From assembly GCF_001194135.2 (NCBI RefSeq), contig NC_069002.1:18693133-18747261 (forward strand): a stretch of DNA of 54,129 nt, read 5' to 3'. The notes under the pieces were generated by a model that was given only the letters and a program-made list of their open reading frames with translations, was not told where the DNA came from and did not search any database. This stretch comes from Octopus bimaculoides. Lineage: Eukaryota. The translations under genes and the position numbers were made by a program. Positions 25,339-37,327 of the stretch are shown in pieces. Position 1 is the first letter of the stretch. Each line of letters opens with the position of its first letter.

Positions 25339-26018
25339 NNNNNNNNNNNNNNNNNNNNNNNNNNNNNNNNNNNNNNNNNNNNNNNNNNNNNNNNNNNNNN
25401 NNNNNNNNNNNNNNNNNNNNNNNNNNNNNNNNNNNNNNNNNNNNNNNNNNNNNNNNNNNNNNNNNNNNNNNNNNNNNNNNNNNNNNNNNNNNNNNNNNNN
25501 NNNNNNNNNNNNNNNNNNNNNNNNNNNNNNNNNNNNNNNNNNNNNNNNNNNNNNNNNNNNNNNNNNNNNNNNNNNNNNNNNNNNNNNNNNNNNNNNNNNN
25601 NNNNNNNNNNNNNNNNNNNNNNNNNNNNNNNNNNNNNNNNNNNNNNNNNNNNNNNNNNNNNNNNNNNNNNNNNNNNNNNNNNNNNNNNNNNNNNNNNNNN
25701 NNNNNNNNNNNNNNNNNNNNNNNNNNNNNNNNNNNNNNNNNNNNNNNNNNNNNNNNNNNNNNNNNNNNNNNNNNNNNNNNNNNNNNNNNNNNNNNNNNNN
25801 NNNNNNNNNNNNNNNNNNNNNNNNNNNNNNNNNNNNNNNNNNNNNNNNNNNNNNNNNNNNNNNNNNNNNNNNNNNNNNNNNNNNNNNNNNNNNNNNNNNN
25901 NNNNNNNNNNNNNNNNNNNNNNNNNNNNNNNNNNNNNNNNNNNNNNNNNNNNNNNNNNNNNNNNNNNNNNNNNNNNNNNNNNNNNNNNNNNNNNNNNNNN
26001 NNNNNNNNNNNNNNNNNN

Positions 26019-26073
<55 letters not shown>

Positions 26074-26099
26074 TTGTACGCTCTGGCGTACCGGTACTC

Positions 26100-26140
26100 G
26101 TGACTGAGCATGGGCCAAATAGCTCGAAACAGTTAGTTAT
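26100..26140 (+). ncRNA. hammerhead-like motif, mutated core
   Basis: gtga CTGAGCA T GGGC caaata GCTC GAAAC agtt agttat. Stem II and GAAAC intact; core differs from CTGANGA at position 8. Confidence 0.35.
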
Positions 26141-26433
26141 ACCTGCAAGAGGGTAATAGGGGTTCGCTCTCCCTGCCAACAATATATTGTATATAAAGGG
26201 TGCAGAGTCGTACCGACAACTAGCTGGCGGAGAATATGCTTAGGGTTAAACTAGTAATAACACGAAACAACCACTTTCATGTGGCGACTGACTTTACTTT
26301 TGTGTGTGTATATATATATATAATGTTTAATAGACACACACGCACTCACATCTGTAATAGAAGAAAATCTGTTATAGGCTCCCGGAAATTCTTCAATTTT
26401 TCCATATCAGCAGCAGCAGCAACGGCGGCGGCG

Positions 26434-26505
<72 letters not shown>

Positions 26506-26939
26506 GTAGTTGTCGTGGTAGATGATACAGAAGCAGAAGTAGAAAAATGCGAAGGAAGAATGAAAAGAGGAAGAGGAAGAAGGAGAGGAGGAGGGGATGT
26601 ATAAAGATGTTGTGTGCGAGTTGCTTCATCAGTTGCTGCTGCTGGTGGTGTTACACTTAAAAAAAAAAACGGTTTTATTGTATGTGTGAGAGTATTTAAG
26701 GTATTTCCTACATTTAGAATTGGGAGTAGCCTATCATTTCTCTTCTCTTCAATTATAATGAGCTTTCGCCTCCAACCCCGCCTCCCCTCTAATACATATC
26801 TAGTTTTCTCACTCATACATCCCATGTCCTTTTTAACTTGTCTGCACTCCAAACTCAAGTACAGACTGGAATTTTTGAATAACTTACGTTATTATTACTA
26901 TTATTATTATTCTTATTGTTGTTGTTGTTGTTTATCGCA

Positions 26940-29900
26940 AGGACGAGCGCTCTGTGTGTTATCCACTAGTTTTTCATTGTTATAAGTCTATTTCTGTTGC
27001 CTATTTGTTGAATAGTGTGTCGATATTTTGAGCAGACCATAAGGGTCTGTGCAAAAGTTAATAACATCTGTTCTAAAGGGAGAAATTTCGGAAAGTAAGT
27101 TTTTCTTTCCCAAAAGTTGTTTAAAAAAAATTCGCTATGGCGGAGTCTTCTTCGCCAAACGAAGACGAGAGGCTGGTGGGAGGTAGATTTGAAGGCGAAA
27201 TTGATTTTCCCAGTCAGTCTTCAACAAACATACGAAAACGTGGTACCCCCCCACCACTACCACCACCAGCAGCGTATACACTGAGGAAAACGATAACTTA
27301 TAAGATAATAGGAGTTAAAGGTCGTAGATTAGAACGAGTGACAAATCGAAAAATGTTTGTCCAGTGTGGAACACTAAAACCTACGTTGCAAGAGGGAAGA
27401 GATGTGGCACTGTAGAGATGAAATTGTCCACAAAGGAAGAGGCAAGAAAGCACTGTACTTTGGCCATCGAAAATGTTTCTGGGACCCATAGACCTGGAAC
27501 GTAGAATGGTGAAAATAAAAATTGCAGACATATAATCAGAAATAGAGATTGATGGTTGGTGGCAGCTGTCCGCCTGGACAAAGAGGACAAAACAGATATT
27601 CTACAGGCGAGGAAACTGCACGAACAAAACTATTTGGAGTAAAACTTAGAGTTGTGAGTGCAAATGTATAACGAAAATTTAGAAATATTTCTGGACATCA
27701 TAAATTCGACGGATGACACCAACTTCCACTTAGCTGTTGAGAGTAGAAATCCGAAGTGTCATTAGTATGAGGACACGAATCATCTAAAGACCTTTTGTCC
27801 GCAACAAAAGAGGGAACAGAAACCCCGACTTTTGCCGACACCGTCACATCAACAACTGCAACAACAACATCAACAACAACAGCAGCAAATGGAAGAAAGA
27901 ACTCACCAGCATCTTATGGTTTCCACATACCAGACAGCAGTAAAAGCAAGAGCACCAGAATTACCCAAAACAAGAACTTTATTATCGAAAGGAAAACAGC
28001 AAAAATCTCTGAAAGACATGCTCCTTCCATGTTCGGAGTAGTCAGAAATGCCTAAATGGCAAAATGTCGGCAGGTTTACCCAAATAACAAATAAATAAAA
28101 ACACATTGAAACGAATACAAAAAAACTGACCAGGAAGGGGAAATGCCTTTTGAGAACAAATACGAAAATACCACCTCCAACAACAGCCATAGCAGTACCA
28201 TCAACAACAGCAACATTATCTCCATCACTACCATCATCACCACCACTATCACAGACACCACCACTATCACACAGACACCACCATTATCACAGGCATAACT
28301 CAGTTCACATATACAGCTCTCACGTCACACATTCCAACACCATCGTTAACAACACAACAATAGACACAAACAGTAAAGACATGATGGGACACATATACAA
28401 CCTTACAAACATCACACACACAAACACACACCGATTTTGTCACACCAACAAACAACATACCAACGCACATAAAATTCAAACTAACATCACAAAACACATA
28501 CAACGCCATAAAAACTAAATATCCTGGAGAAAGGGCTTTCACGAGAAATATCAACAAAACACTGTATGAAGACCTGCTCGTGGAAACATCCGCATATAAC
28601 CACAGGGACGGAACAGCCATTACCACGTTGCCAACAAAAACACTGTAAGTAAACTTTTCTGCACCTATTCGTTAATCTGACATGGCCTTGCTTAGGATAG
28701 ACCGCATAAATTTACGTGGCCTGGAGTCGTCTTAGAAACAGGGCCATCTACTCAACGACTTCAGGTCATTATAGTGACCATCAGTGATACTAGACTCTCC
28801 GACCAATAAGCGATCATTCCCATTTTCGATGGATACAATATATATTCATCCCCATGTCAGTCGAGAATGGGATGTGGAGCTGCGGCGTTGTTCTGGCGAG
28901 GTCTGGATTTCAAGACAAGGGCTATCTTCCTGGAGCCAGAAGGTGAGTTGGTGGCCCTATATGTGAACCGAAGTAACGGTGTGGTGGTGGTGGTGGTGCT
29001 GCTGCTGCTGCTGTCAGACACGTGGATATTTATGCTCCGATAGGAGCAGGTTACTAGATTTCTTCTGGAGGTTATCTTAGATAAATTAGAAGAGGCGTTT
29101 AGGTGCAGCATTGTAAGTGACGTGCTGGTGGCGAGATTGGCCTTGGACGAATTCTTCAATACTAAACACGATGGTGCGTGCTGTAAGATAAGAAGGAACA
29201 AAAGCCGCTTGATGAGTCCGAGTGACAGAGGCGCAACGAAGTCACAATTCGGTCTTTGGTGGACCAGCATTGGTGCACGGTACTCGCGCCCGAATAGATG
29301 TGTGCGACTTTTCAGCAACACTTCGCCCAACTGTTTGGGATGAATAGCAGGCCGGATAACAGGATGGACTATTATGCTTACCTCAACACCAAATCACGAA
29401 CTCTTCAAATGGGTGGGGACACGGACCGTTGTGAAATACGGGATGCGATAATAGGATGCACAAGGAAAAAATCGCCTTGAGAGAATGGTCGGTCCAATGA
29501 GTTTTACTTTTACATGCCAGACTTGTTATGCGGCCTCTTAGTAGATATCCACTGTAACAGGAAGCAGAGCGGGAGAATTCCCAAGTCTGCGAATCAAGGA
29601 GCAGAAGCACTGCTACGAATGGAATCAAACAAGGGAGTTGAAATAGAAAATTTTAGGCCCATAATACTGTTGAACGCAGACTTAAAAATTTTGACCAAGG
29701 TATTAGCAAATAGGTTGGTGTTTGTCGTCGAGGAACTGATTGGTGATGTGAAAACACGTGCCGTACCAAGAAGATCAACCTACGGCACCCTCCACCTCAT
29801 GCAATACATCATATATAGGGTGGAGAATGAAGCTGGCATGGGTGCGTCCTTGATGAGTTTCACATTTCACTCCCATACTATTTTTATTGTATTGTCCTCT

Positions 29901-29970
29901 ACCGTCCCCAATGCTTTTATATGAACACTCACTGGTGAATGAAAAAAAAAAGAAACAAGATTATTATTAT
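26940..29970 (+). mobile_element. Tx1/L1-like LINE (ORF1 with Zn knuckle, APE endonuclease, RT N-half, 3'UTR), decayed with internal deletions
   Basis: ORF1 from ATG 27137; knuckle remnant PKCH*YEDTNHLKTFCP (about 27750-27800); APE MALLRIDRINLRGL...SDTRLS...EGELVALYV (28682-28980); RT NFRPIILLNADLKILTKVLANRL (about 29650); 3'UTR ending gattattattat. Confidence 0.9.
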
Positions 29971-30180
29971 AAGGCGGTGATTTTTATTAGAACGCAGTGA
30001 CCTGGCGGAAACATTAGCCCGTTGGACGGAACACTTTGCGGTATTTCGCCTGTCGCTACCTTCTGAGTTCAAATTTCACCGATGTCGACTTTGCCTTTCA
30101 TCCTTTCGGGGTCACTAAATTAAGTACCAGTGAAATACTGTACTCAATGTAATCGACCCACACTTCCGCAAATTTCGGTC
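29971..30180 (+). mobile_element. family B SINE inserted at the (ATT)n tail of the Tx1-like LINE
   Basis: aaggcggtga...ctgagttcaaattt...gactttgcctttcatcctttcggggtc...aattaagtaccag. Confidence 0.88.
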
Positions 30181-30239
30181 GCGATGTAGGTGTGTTTCTT
30201 TGGAGGGTTGGTTAATGGAGCACCGATGTTGTACAGGTG

Positions 30240-30460
30240 TCAATTTCTATGGTTTTTCCACAGTAGTGGCTCTAGGGCCAATGCATAAAGAGGAGACAAG
30301 AGCAGACACGCTTGATAGCTGGAGCGCACGATATTGAATAGTTCCGATAGGTAACCATTCACCCAAGCTACCGAACAGATGTCAGTATACATTGCAACGA
30401 TCCCGTCGCGAAGAACGGGACCGAAACCGGCCGCCATGTGAATGGCTGCCAAGTGTTAGT
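30240..30460 (-). mobile_element. Tx1/L1-like RT fragment in inverted orientation
   Basis: AAGFGPVLRDGIVAMY...VNGYLSELFNIVRSSYQACLLLSPLYALALEPLL corresponds to the RT region around the QGCPLSP motif. Confidence 0.85.
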
Positions 30461-31321
30461 GGTCGATCCTATTGAAAGTTTTACACCCACCCACACACAC
30501 ACACACTCCTTCTCTCTCTGAAAGAAATCGGTCGTGTTCGAACTTCTCCAGGTTTAAAGTGTTTGCGATACAGGATTTTAATTAAAAGTACACGTGTCTA
30601 TGGTATATTCAGCCAATTGCTTTCTAATTCAGCTAACATGTAATTAATTTGACTCGTTCGAAGAAATGAATAATCATCGCCGAAACTGACGATGATCCAT
30701 TTTCATATATTTTTGCATCTGTTTCCCTACGAAAGAGAAAGGGAGGGAGAGGGAGGGAGAGAGGGGGAGAGGTAAGAGAGAGAGAGGAGAAGTAAGAGAG
30801 AGAAGGAAAACGTGATATACAATCCTGCTCCCTCTCTATTTGCGTGAGTTTTGTAAATATATTAATTTTAGCCTACATTTTTATAACCTCAATTTATCCC
30901 TTTCTTTATCCACAATTACTCAAGCCCCACCATCCATCTCCCCCCTTCTTCGTTGGTGTTATTATAGTAACAACAACAACAACAACCCTATTATAATTAT
31001 TATCATTACTGTTATATACTTTTACATAATAGACGTCTATTCTACTCGGTTTAGGCGTCTCGGAGGAATTTCACTCAAAGAAAAACGCGTGGAATAAAGA
31101 GAGGAATCTTGCTTGAAATAAAAAGGTATGCGTGTGAGTATATGTATGTATGTGTACATGCTTGTATGTATGTATGTATGCATGTATGTATGTATGTATG
31201 TATGTATGCATGCATGTATGTATGTATGTATGCATACATGCATATATGTATGCGTGTTTCTGTGTATGTATGTATGTATGTATGTATGTATGTATGTATT
31301 GTGTGCGTTAAACAATGTGTG

Positions 31322-32800
31322 GTAACTATAGAGGTATTGCTCTGCTATCAGCTGCTGACAAAGTTCTGGCAAATATTCTTCTTACCCACCTGAATGGATG
31401 TCTCGTAAATGATGTCCTGCCTGAATCTCAATGTAACAAAGGATATTATTTTCAAGACAGATGCAGGTGAAATGCTATGAGTAGAATATGGATCTTGTCC
31501 AGGTATTCATTGATTTAACCAAGCCCTTTGATACAGTGAATAAGGCTTTGCTATGGAAACTACTTGGCAAACTTGGATGTCCGGATCACTTTGTATCTAT
31601 AACCAAATCATTTCATGATGGGATGGAGGCTTGGGTCAATTTTGGTGGTGGCATGGCGGGACCCATTCCTGTAGAGAATGGTGTCAAGCAGGATGACATC
31701 CTTGCTCCAACTCTCTTTCTTTGTACTTTGCTGCTGTTTTTACTCATGCTCTTGCTAAGGTTAGCTCTCTGGGAATATATGTTAGATATCGATCTTTTGA
31801 CCGACTTTCCAATCTGCACCGATTTGCAGCCAATTCAAAAGTTTACTAATCTATTATCTGTGACCTCCTTTATGCAGATGACTATGACTTAGTCACTTGC
31901 ACAGTGGATGACATGCAAATACTCATGAATCGTATTTCTGCTTCTTGCAAGGCATTTGGACACAGCATTAGCCTGGACAAGACTGTTGTAATGTTCCATC
32001 CTGCACCAGGAAATCTATATATGGAACCAGCTATCTTGGAACAATACTGAAAGTGGTAGACAAGTTTGTCTACCTGGGCAGCACACTCAGCCGTTCTTGC
32101 TCCCTGGATGATGAAATATTTTTCAGGCTATAGAGAGCAACTGATTCCTTCTGGTCTCTTCAGTCTTGTGTCTGGTCCCAGTATGGCACCACAGGGGAAA
32201 TAAAATAAAAATATAAATTGCTGTGTAACGTGCATGTGTACTGACATCGCTCCTTTACTCATATGAGACATGGACCATTTATAAACATCATGTAAGGGTC
32301 CATGAACACTTTCATCAGCGATGTCTCAGACACATTCTGAATGTTGGCTGGACCTTAAAAACTCCAGACACACAGGCCCTGAGAAAAGCTGATATTTTGA
32401 GTATTGAGAAGATGGTGACCTTATTAGAATGAAGGATAGTAGGATCCCTAAACAGATGCTATATGGGGAACTTGTTAGTGGAAAGAGACCCCGGTAGAAA
32501 CCAAGGCTACGATTTAAGACTGTGTCAAGTCCTCATTAAAGGCGTGTAATGTGCAGGGGTCTGACTGGGAGCGCAATGCCTGTCATCACCATAGATGGAG
32601 GGAGCAGGTTAAGGAAGGGGTCGACACCTTTGAAAGAGCATGTATTCTGCATGAAGAATTTATGCGTGCTGCTCGAAAGCGCACTGCTAGTGTAGTGAAA
32701 ATGGAGCCACAAATGTAAAATATAAGTTAGTTCTAGAGTGCACAATGTTAGTAAAGGTCAGCAATAGGCTTCCTTGGTCACGAGTGGACGGCCATCATCA
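31322..32800 (+). mobile_element. RTE-clade LINE ORF remnant
   Basis: NYRGIALLSAADKVLA; VFIDLTKPFDTVN...LGKLGCPDHFVSITKSFHDGM; GVKQDDILAPTLF; LLYADD; DKFVYLGSTLS; RIPKQMLYGELVSGKR. Confidence 0.92.
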
Positions 32801-32888
32801 TGTGTGTGTTGTATGTATGGATGCATGTATACACCTATGGATTTACAAGTGCAATATGATTATATATATACATGCACGTGCGTACACA

Positions 32889-32948
<60 letters not shown>

Positions 32949-33170
32949 NNNNNNNNNNNNNNNNNNNNNNNNNNNNNNNNNNNNNNNNNNNNNNNNNNNN
33001 NNNNNNNNNNNNNNNNNNNNNNNNNNNNNNNNNNNNNNNNNNNNNNNNNNNNNNNNNNNNNNNNNNNNNNNNNNNNNNNNNNNNNNNNNNNNNNNNNNNN
33101 NNNNNNNNNNNNNNNNNNNNNNNNNNNNNNNNNNNNNNNNNNNNNNNNNNNNNNNNNNNNNNNNNNNNNN

Positions 33171-33243
<73 letters not shown>

Positions 33244-33272
33244 TATATATATATATATGAAATTTACAGAAA

Positions 33273-33398
33273 AACGAAGACAGGTGTATTAGTTTAACTC
33301 TCGAGAAGGTGAAGAAGTCTTTTACGTTTCGAGGATACGCTCTTCAACAGAAAGGAACATCAAGAAATCTGTTTGTTGTTTACACACCCGTCTTCGTT
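33273..33398 (-). mobile_element. short element with hammerhead-like motif bracketed by 15-bp inverted repeats
   Basis: aacgaagacaggtgt (33273-87) vs acacccgtcttcgtt (33384-98), 14/15. Internal minus 33317-33355: cttt CTGTTGA A GAGC gtat CCTC GAAAC GT A aaag. Confidence 0.7.
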
Positions 33399-33862
33399 AT
33401 ATGAGTGTGTATACGAGTGTGTGTGTGTGTAAGTTGGGGGCGCAGTTTGACCTAATGTGGAAGAAGTTCGCTTAGCAACTATGAGATGCCAAAGCTGATT
33501 CCACTGTGTCAGCTGCTAAGTTTCTCTAATTTCGGGTCGACCCATGCCTTATGAGTATATAAATGGGAAAAGAGGAATCTCGGGTGGACTGTACCCGTAA
33601 TTCGAAATGTACAGTCGTCATACATTGAGTTACGTTGATTGCGTCCGAGAATTGTTTCCACGTCGTTAAGTAACGACTTTGATGACGGCGACGACGGTGG
33701 AAATGATGTGGATAACGGTGATGACGGCGAAGATGACGATGACGGCGAAGATGATGATGATGATATAGGTAGTGGTGGTTGTGATGGTATTTATAATAAA
33801 GAGATATTGCGATTGATGCTGCTGATGATGATGAGATGGACAACAACTGCAGCAACATTAAT

Positions 33863-34082
33863 AACCTTTCTACTATAGGCACAAGGTCTGAAATTTGAAG
33901 GGAGGGGGATAATCGATTACATCGACCCCAGTGCATGACTGGTGCCTATTTCATCGACCCCGAAAGGATTAAGAGCAAAGTCGACCTCGGCGGAATTTGA
34001 ACTCAGAACGTCGTAGCGGCAGACGAAATACTGCTAAGTAGTTCGCACGGCGTGCTAACGATCCTGTCAGCTCGCCACCTTA
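33863..34082 (-). mobile_element. family B SINE, full length
   Basis: Same head, core and tail as 16672-16887. Confidence 0.92.
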
Positions 34083-34134
34083 ATACACAACAATATTAAT
34101 AACAACAGATAAATTTGTTGTCAAGTATAACCGG

Positions 34135-34175
34135 CCGTCACTGACGATTGAGAATGGCTTGGAAACAAGTACCGT
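34135..34175 (+). ncRNA. hammerhead-like motif (CAGT-variant relative), decayed
   Basis: gtca CTGACGA ttgag aatgg cttg GAAAC aa GTA ccgt; weak wobble-rich stem II. Confidence 0.3.
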
Positions 34176-34651
34176 CCTTTTGCTAATTGCTTTCGGTGCC
34201 CGTGTAATCACGATTGGATTAAGACACACATCGGAACATCGATGATATATCAGGTGGAAGAAAGAGCTGTGCCAACACTCAGCCCCCGGTACTCGTTACA
34301 GCTGAAGAGACAAAATCAATGTGAAGTGACGTGCCTGGCTCAAGTATATAATGCATCCGTGAATTGAACTCGCAGCCTTTATGATCAGCCACTCGCTTTT
34401 ACGGTGCACTAATAGTAATACCATTAGTAACAAGTTTATTAATACGAGGAACATCACCATAAATATTTCCTTACAGTTTCATCATCATCATCATCATCAC
34501 CAACACTATTACAACCATAAACGACAACGACAATCACTGCAAAGCAATAAGATTAATTAAACGATATTTTTTCTCATCGTCTAATTGAATGGCTTAAAAG
34601 GAATATTTCCAATGGAGCAGTGCGTTATTAAATCAAGTCACACGCTTACAC

Positions 34652-34715
<64 letters not shown>

Positions 34716-35859
34716 CTTTCCACTGCAAACATCTATCTCGCACAACACCCACGTTACCTCCCTACACATAACACCACTACCATCAACACGATCACAACAT
34801 CTATTACCACCATCACCACCACAACAACAGCTCACAAATGACATTTCAATTCCAAGTAACCGCTTCAAACAATTCTCCATTTTGATTTGTTAATTGTGAC
34901 CTGCAATAAATACTTTCTGTCTCTAAATGAAAGTTATAGACGTTATTGACCGCCAGATTTGCTAAATCCTTTGCCAAGATTGACAAAAGACAATTTCACT
35001 AACAGTGGCAGCAACACAATAATGGAAGGCATTTGCATTTGATGGTTGAATAAAATCAGTAAGTTTTGTATCGAATACTCCGATTTACCTTTCATTGAAA
35101 GTGATAATGCCCGACATTGAGCATACCTCGAGAGCAAAGCAGTTTACGGGTATTTCAATGCTCTTCAAGACGGAAGCTCTGGTCGCCAAACATTCCATTG
35201 TTCCGTGTCGGAGAGAAAAATATGTGCACCATCCATCATATTTAGGAAGGAGGACGATGAAGATAAGGATCTCAGGTATTCCACCACCGGTAAATTTATG
35301 GTGGATTTTAGTGTGCATCGTTTTGGACGGGAGTAACAACCTTCTGAAAGTGAAGCGGATCGGTCGGGAAAATTTGTCTGCGGGCAGTGTGAAGGTCTTA
35401 CTCTACATTAAACCAGACACGATCCACAAGATCCCAGACTTCAGTCACCTTCCAGGACGGTTGAGGGTAGAAATCCACAGTTTAACTTGTGTGGGGAGAC
35501 TGGGCACTTGAGAGCTTTCTGACCCCAGCAGAAGGCAGGAAACATACTAACATCTTACTGCACACATCAGATCCCAAAAGCCATAATAACCAAATCAGCA
35601 ACGTACAACAACAGAAACGGCTCGAAGCCTGGCAACCACGGCTTCATCAACAGCAGTAACTGCTAGAACACCTGTATCAGCATCAACAGCAACACAGGCA
35701 ACACCAACTACAATAGCAGCACTTGCACCACGACCTTCAGCAGCAGCAGCAGCAGCAGCAGCAGACAGACAGACAGACAGAATAATAATAACGGACAGAC
35801 ACAACACCCAGGGGATTTTCCAACGAAGCACTTCCGAGTTCGTCGATCCCAGGCAGTGA

Positions 35860-35872
<13 letters not shown>

Positions 35873-35932
<60 letters not shown>

Positions 35933-35957
35933 GATAATAATAATGATAATAATGATG

Positions 35958-36001
<44 letters not shown>
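35873..36001. repeat. (AAT)n microsatellite
   Basis: Direct reading. Confidence 0.95.
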
Positions 36002-36002
<1 letters not shown>

Positions 36003-36175
36003 TCGAAAAATACCTTAGGAATGAGAACCCAGGTTCGAAATTTCCCCAAGACACCTGATGAAGGCTGGAGGGTATATTAGCCGAAACATTATGTTAACAA
36101 CAAACCAGATGAGGACAAATATCCATCAAATGTAAATAATGTACATAATTCCTCATCTTTTAAATATAGAACTGC
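36001..36175 (+). mobile_element. about 175-bp insertion carrying a minimal type I hammerhead (putative Penelope terminal-repeat derivative)
   Basis: Lies between ORF1 and RT remnants of the Tx1-like LINE, directly after (AAT)n. Confidence 0.65.
36050..36095 (+). ncRNA. minimal type I hammerhead ribozyme (slightly decayed)
   Basis: gacac CTGATGA A GGCTG gagggtatat TAGCC GAAAC AT T atgtt. Canonical core, 5-bp stem II, stem I gacac/atgtt with one mismatch; ACAT is one transition away from palindromic ACGT. Confidence 0.75.
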
Positions 36176-37082
36176 GGGACGTGATGACTGGCTGTACAAA
36201 GGAGAAGTCTTTGGGGCTGGAAGGTCTACTATTTGAGCTTTAACTTCATATGCTAAACTTCGGAGATTTCTTGGCAGCAGAACGGCAGCAGAACGGTGCT
36301 GTGAGCCGTGACGTGGTGGTGTTGCAGAGAAAAGACCCGTAAAAGGGTAGCCAAATAGATAATTTTAGGCCCGTAACTCTGTTGAACGTAGACGACAAGA
36401 TTTTGGTTAAGGTATTAGCCAAGAAGTTGGTGCTTGTCGTCGAGAACTAGTCGGCGACGCGCAGATACTCGCTGTCCCAAACAGATTCTTTTACGACAAC
36501 TTATGGCTCACGCTCTACAACATAGTCGAGGAACCTGGCATAAGTGGGCCCTGATCAATTCGGATCAATTAAATGCTTTTGATAGGGTCGACTACCAATA
36601 CTTGCAGATTGTCCTCGCGCGGCCGGATCGCTGCGATTGACAACGACATCTGTTAGGCATGGAAGTGCCGTCAGCCGGGCTGGCTGAAGGTGCACGCAGA
36701 TTGACGAAAATCTTCAGCACGCTTCGTCCGGTGCCCGAGCATTGCTGAATTGTAGGTTTATGTCGAACACTTGCTGTCGCGTTGCAGGTCGCTTCCGGCT
36801 ATCGGATGAATCCATTGTGAAGATCGACCCGTCGCCAATCTTTGGCCGTGAAGAGCAGGCAGTGTTTCTTTTTCTGTTGGCTTTAGTGAAAGAGGTTGTG
36901 TGGTGGACCTGGTTGAAATGGCTGAAGATAGAAGCTTTCCGCTTTGGCGAAACCCTCATCAACATTTTCAAGTTTCATTTGAAAAGGAAAGTGAGGTGAG
37001 AGAGGAAAGTGTTGCCTCCCAACAATTTTGTGGCAAGAATGGTCCGAGTGAACGGGCCAACTCTCAGCATGTGCCTTGTGGA

Positions 37083-37152
37083 AGCGCGTTGCTTAGTGGT
37101 TAGGATGTTAGACTCATTATCGTAAGATTGTAGTTTCGATTCCTGGACTGGG
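37083..37152 (+). mobile_element. isolated tRNA-like SINE head inserted in the LINE 3' region
   Basis: A-box ttgcttagtgg and B-box gtttcgattcc with tRNA-like spacing. Confidence 0.7.
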
Positions 37153-37276
37153 AATCTGCTTTTACAGGCTTCAATCCCTCTCTATTTGCATTGTACTATT
37201 CCTGTGCCGTCCCCGATCATTTATATGGATCCTAGTGGTGAATAATGAAAAGATTATTATTATTATCATTATTATT

Positions 37277-37327
<51 letters not shown>

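Noticed and set aside
30675-30705. GAAACTGACGA within an ATCATCG/CGATGAT hairpin
   Set aside because: Both motifs sit in one loop and cannot form a three-way junction; a simple hairpin.
37083-37152. tRNA gene
   Set aside because: A and B boxes are present but acceptor and anticodon stems do not pair properly; treated as a SINE head.
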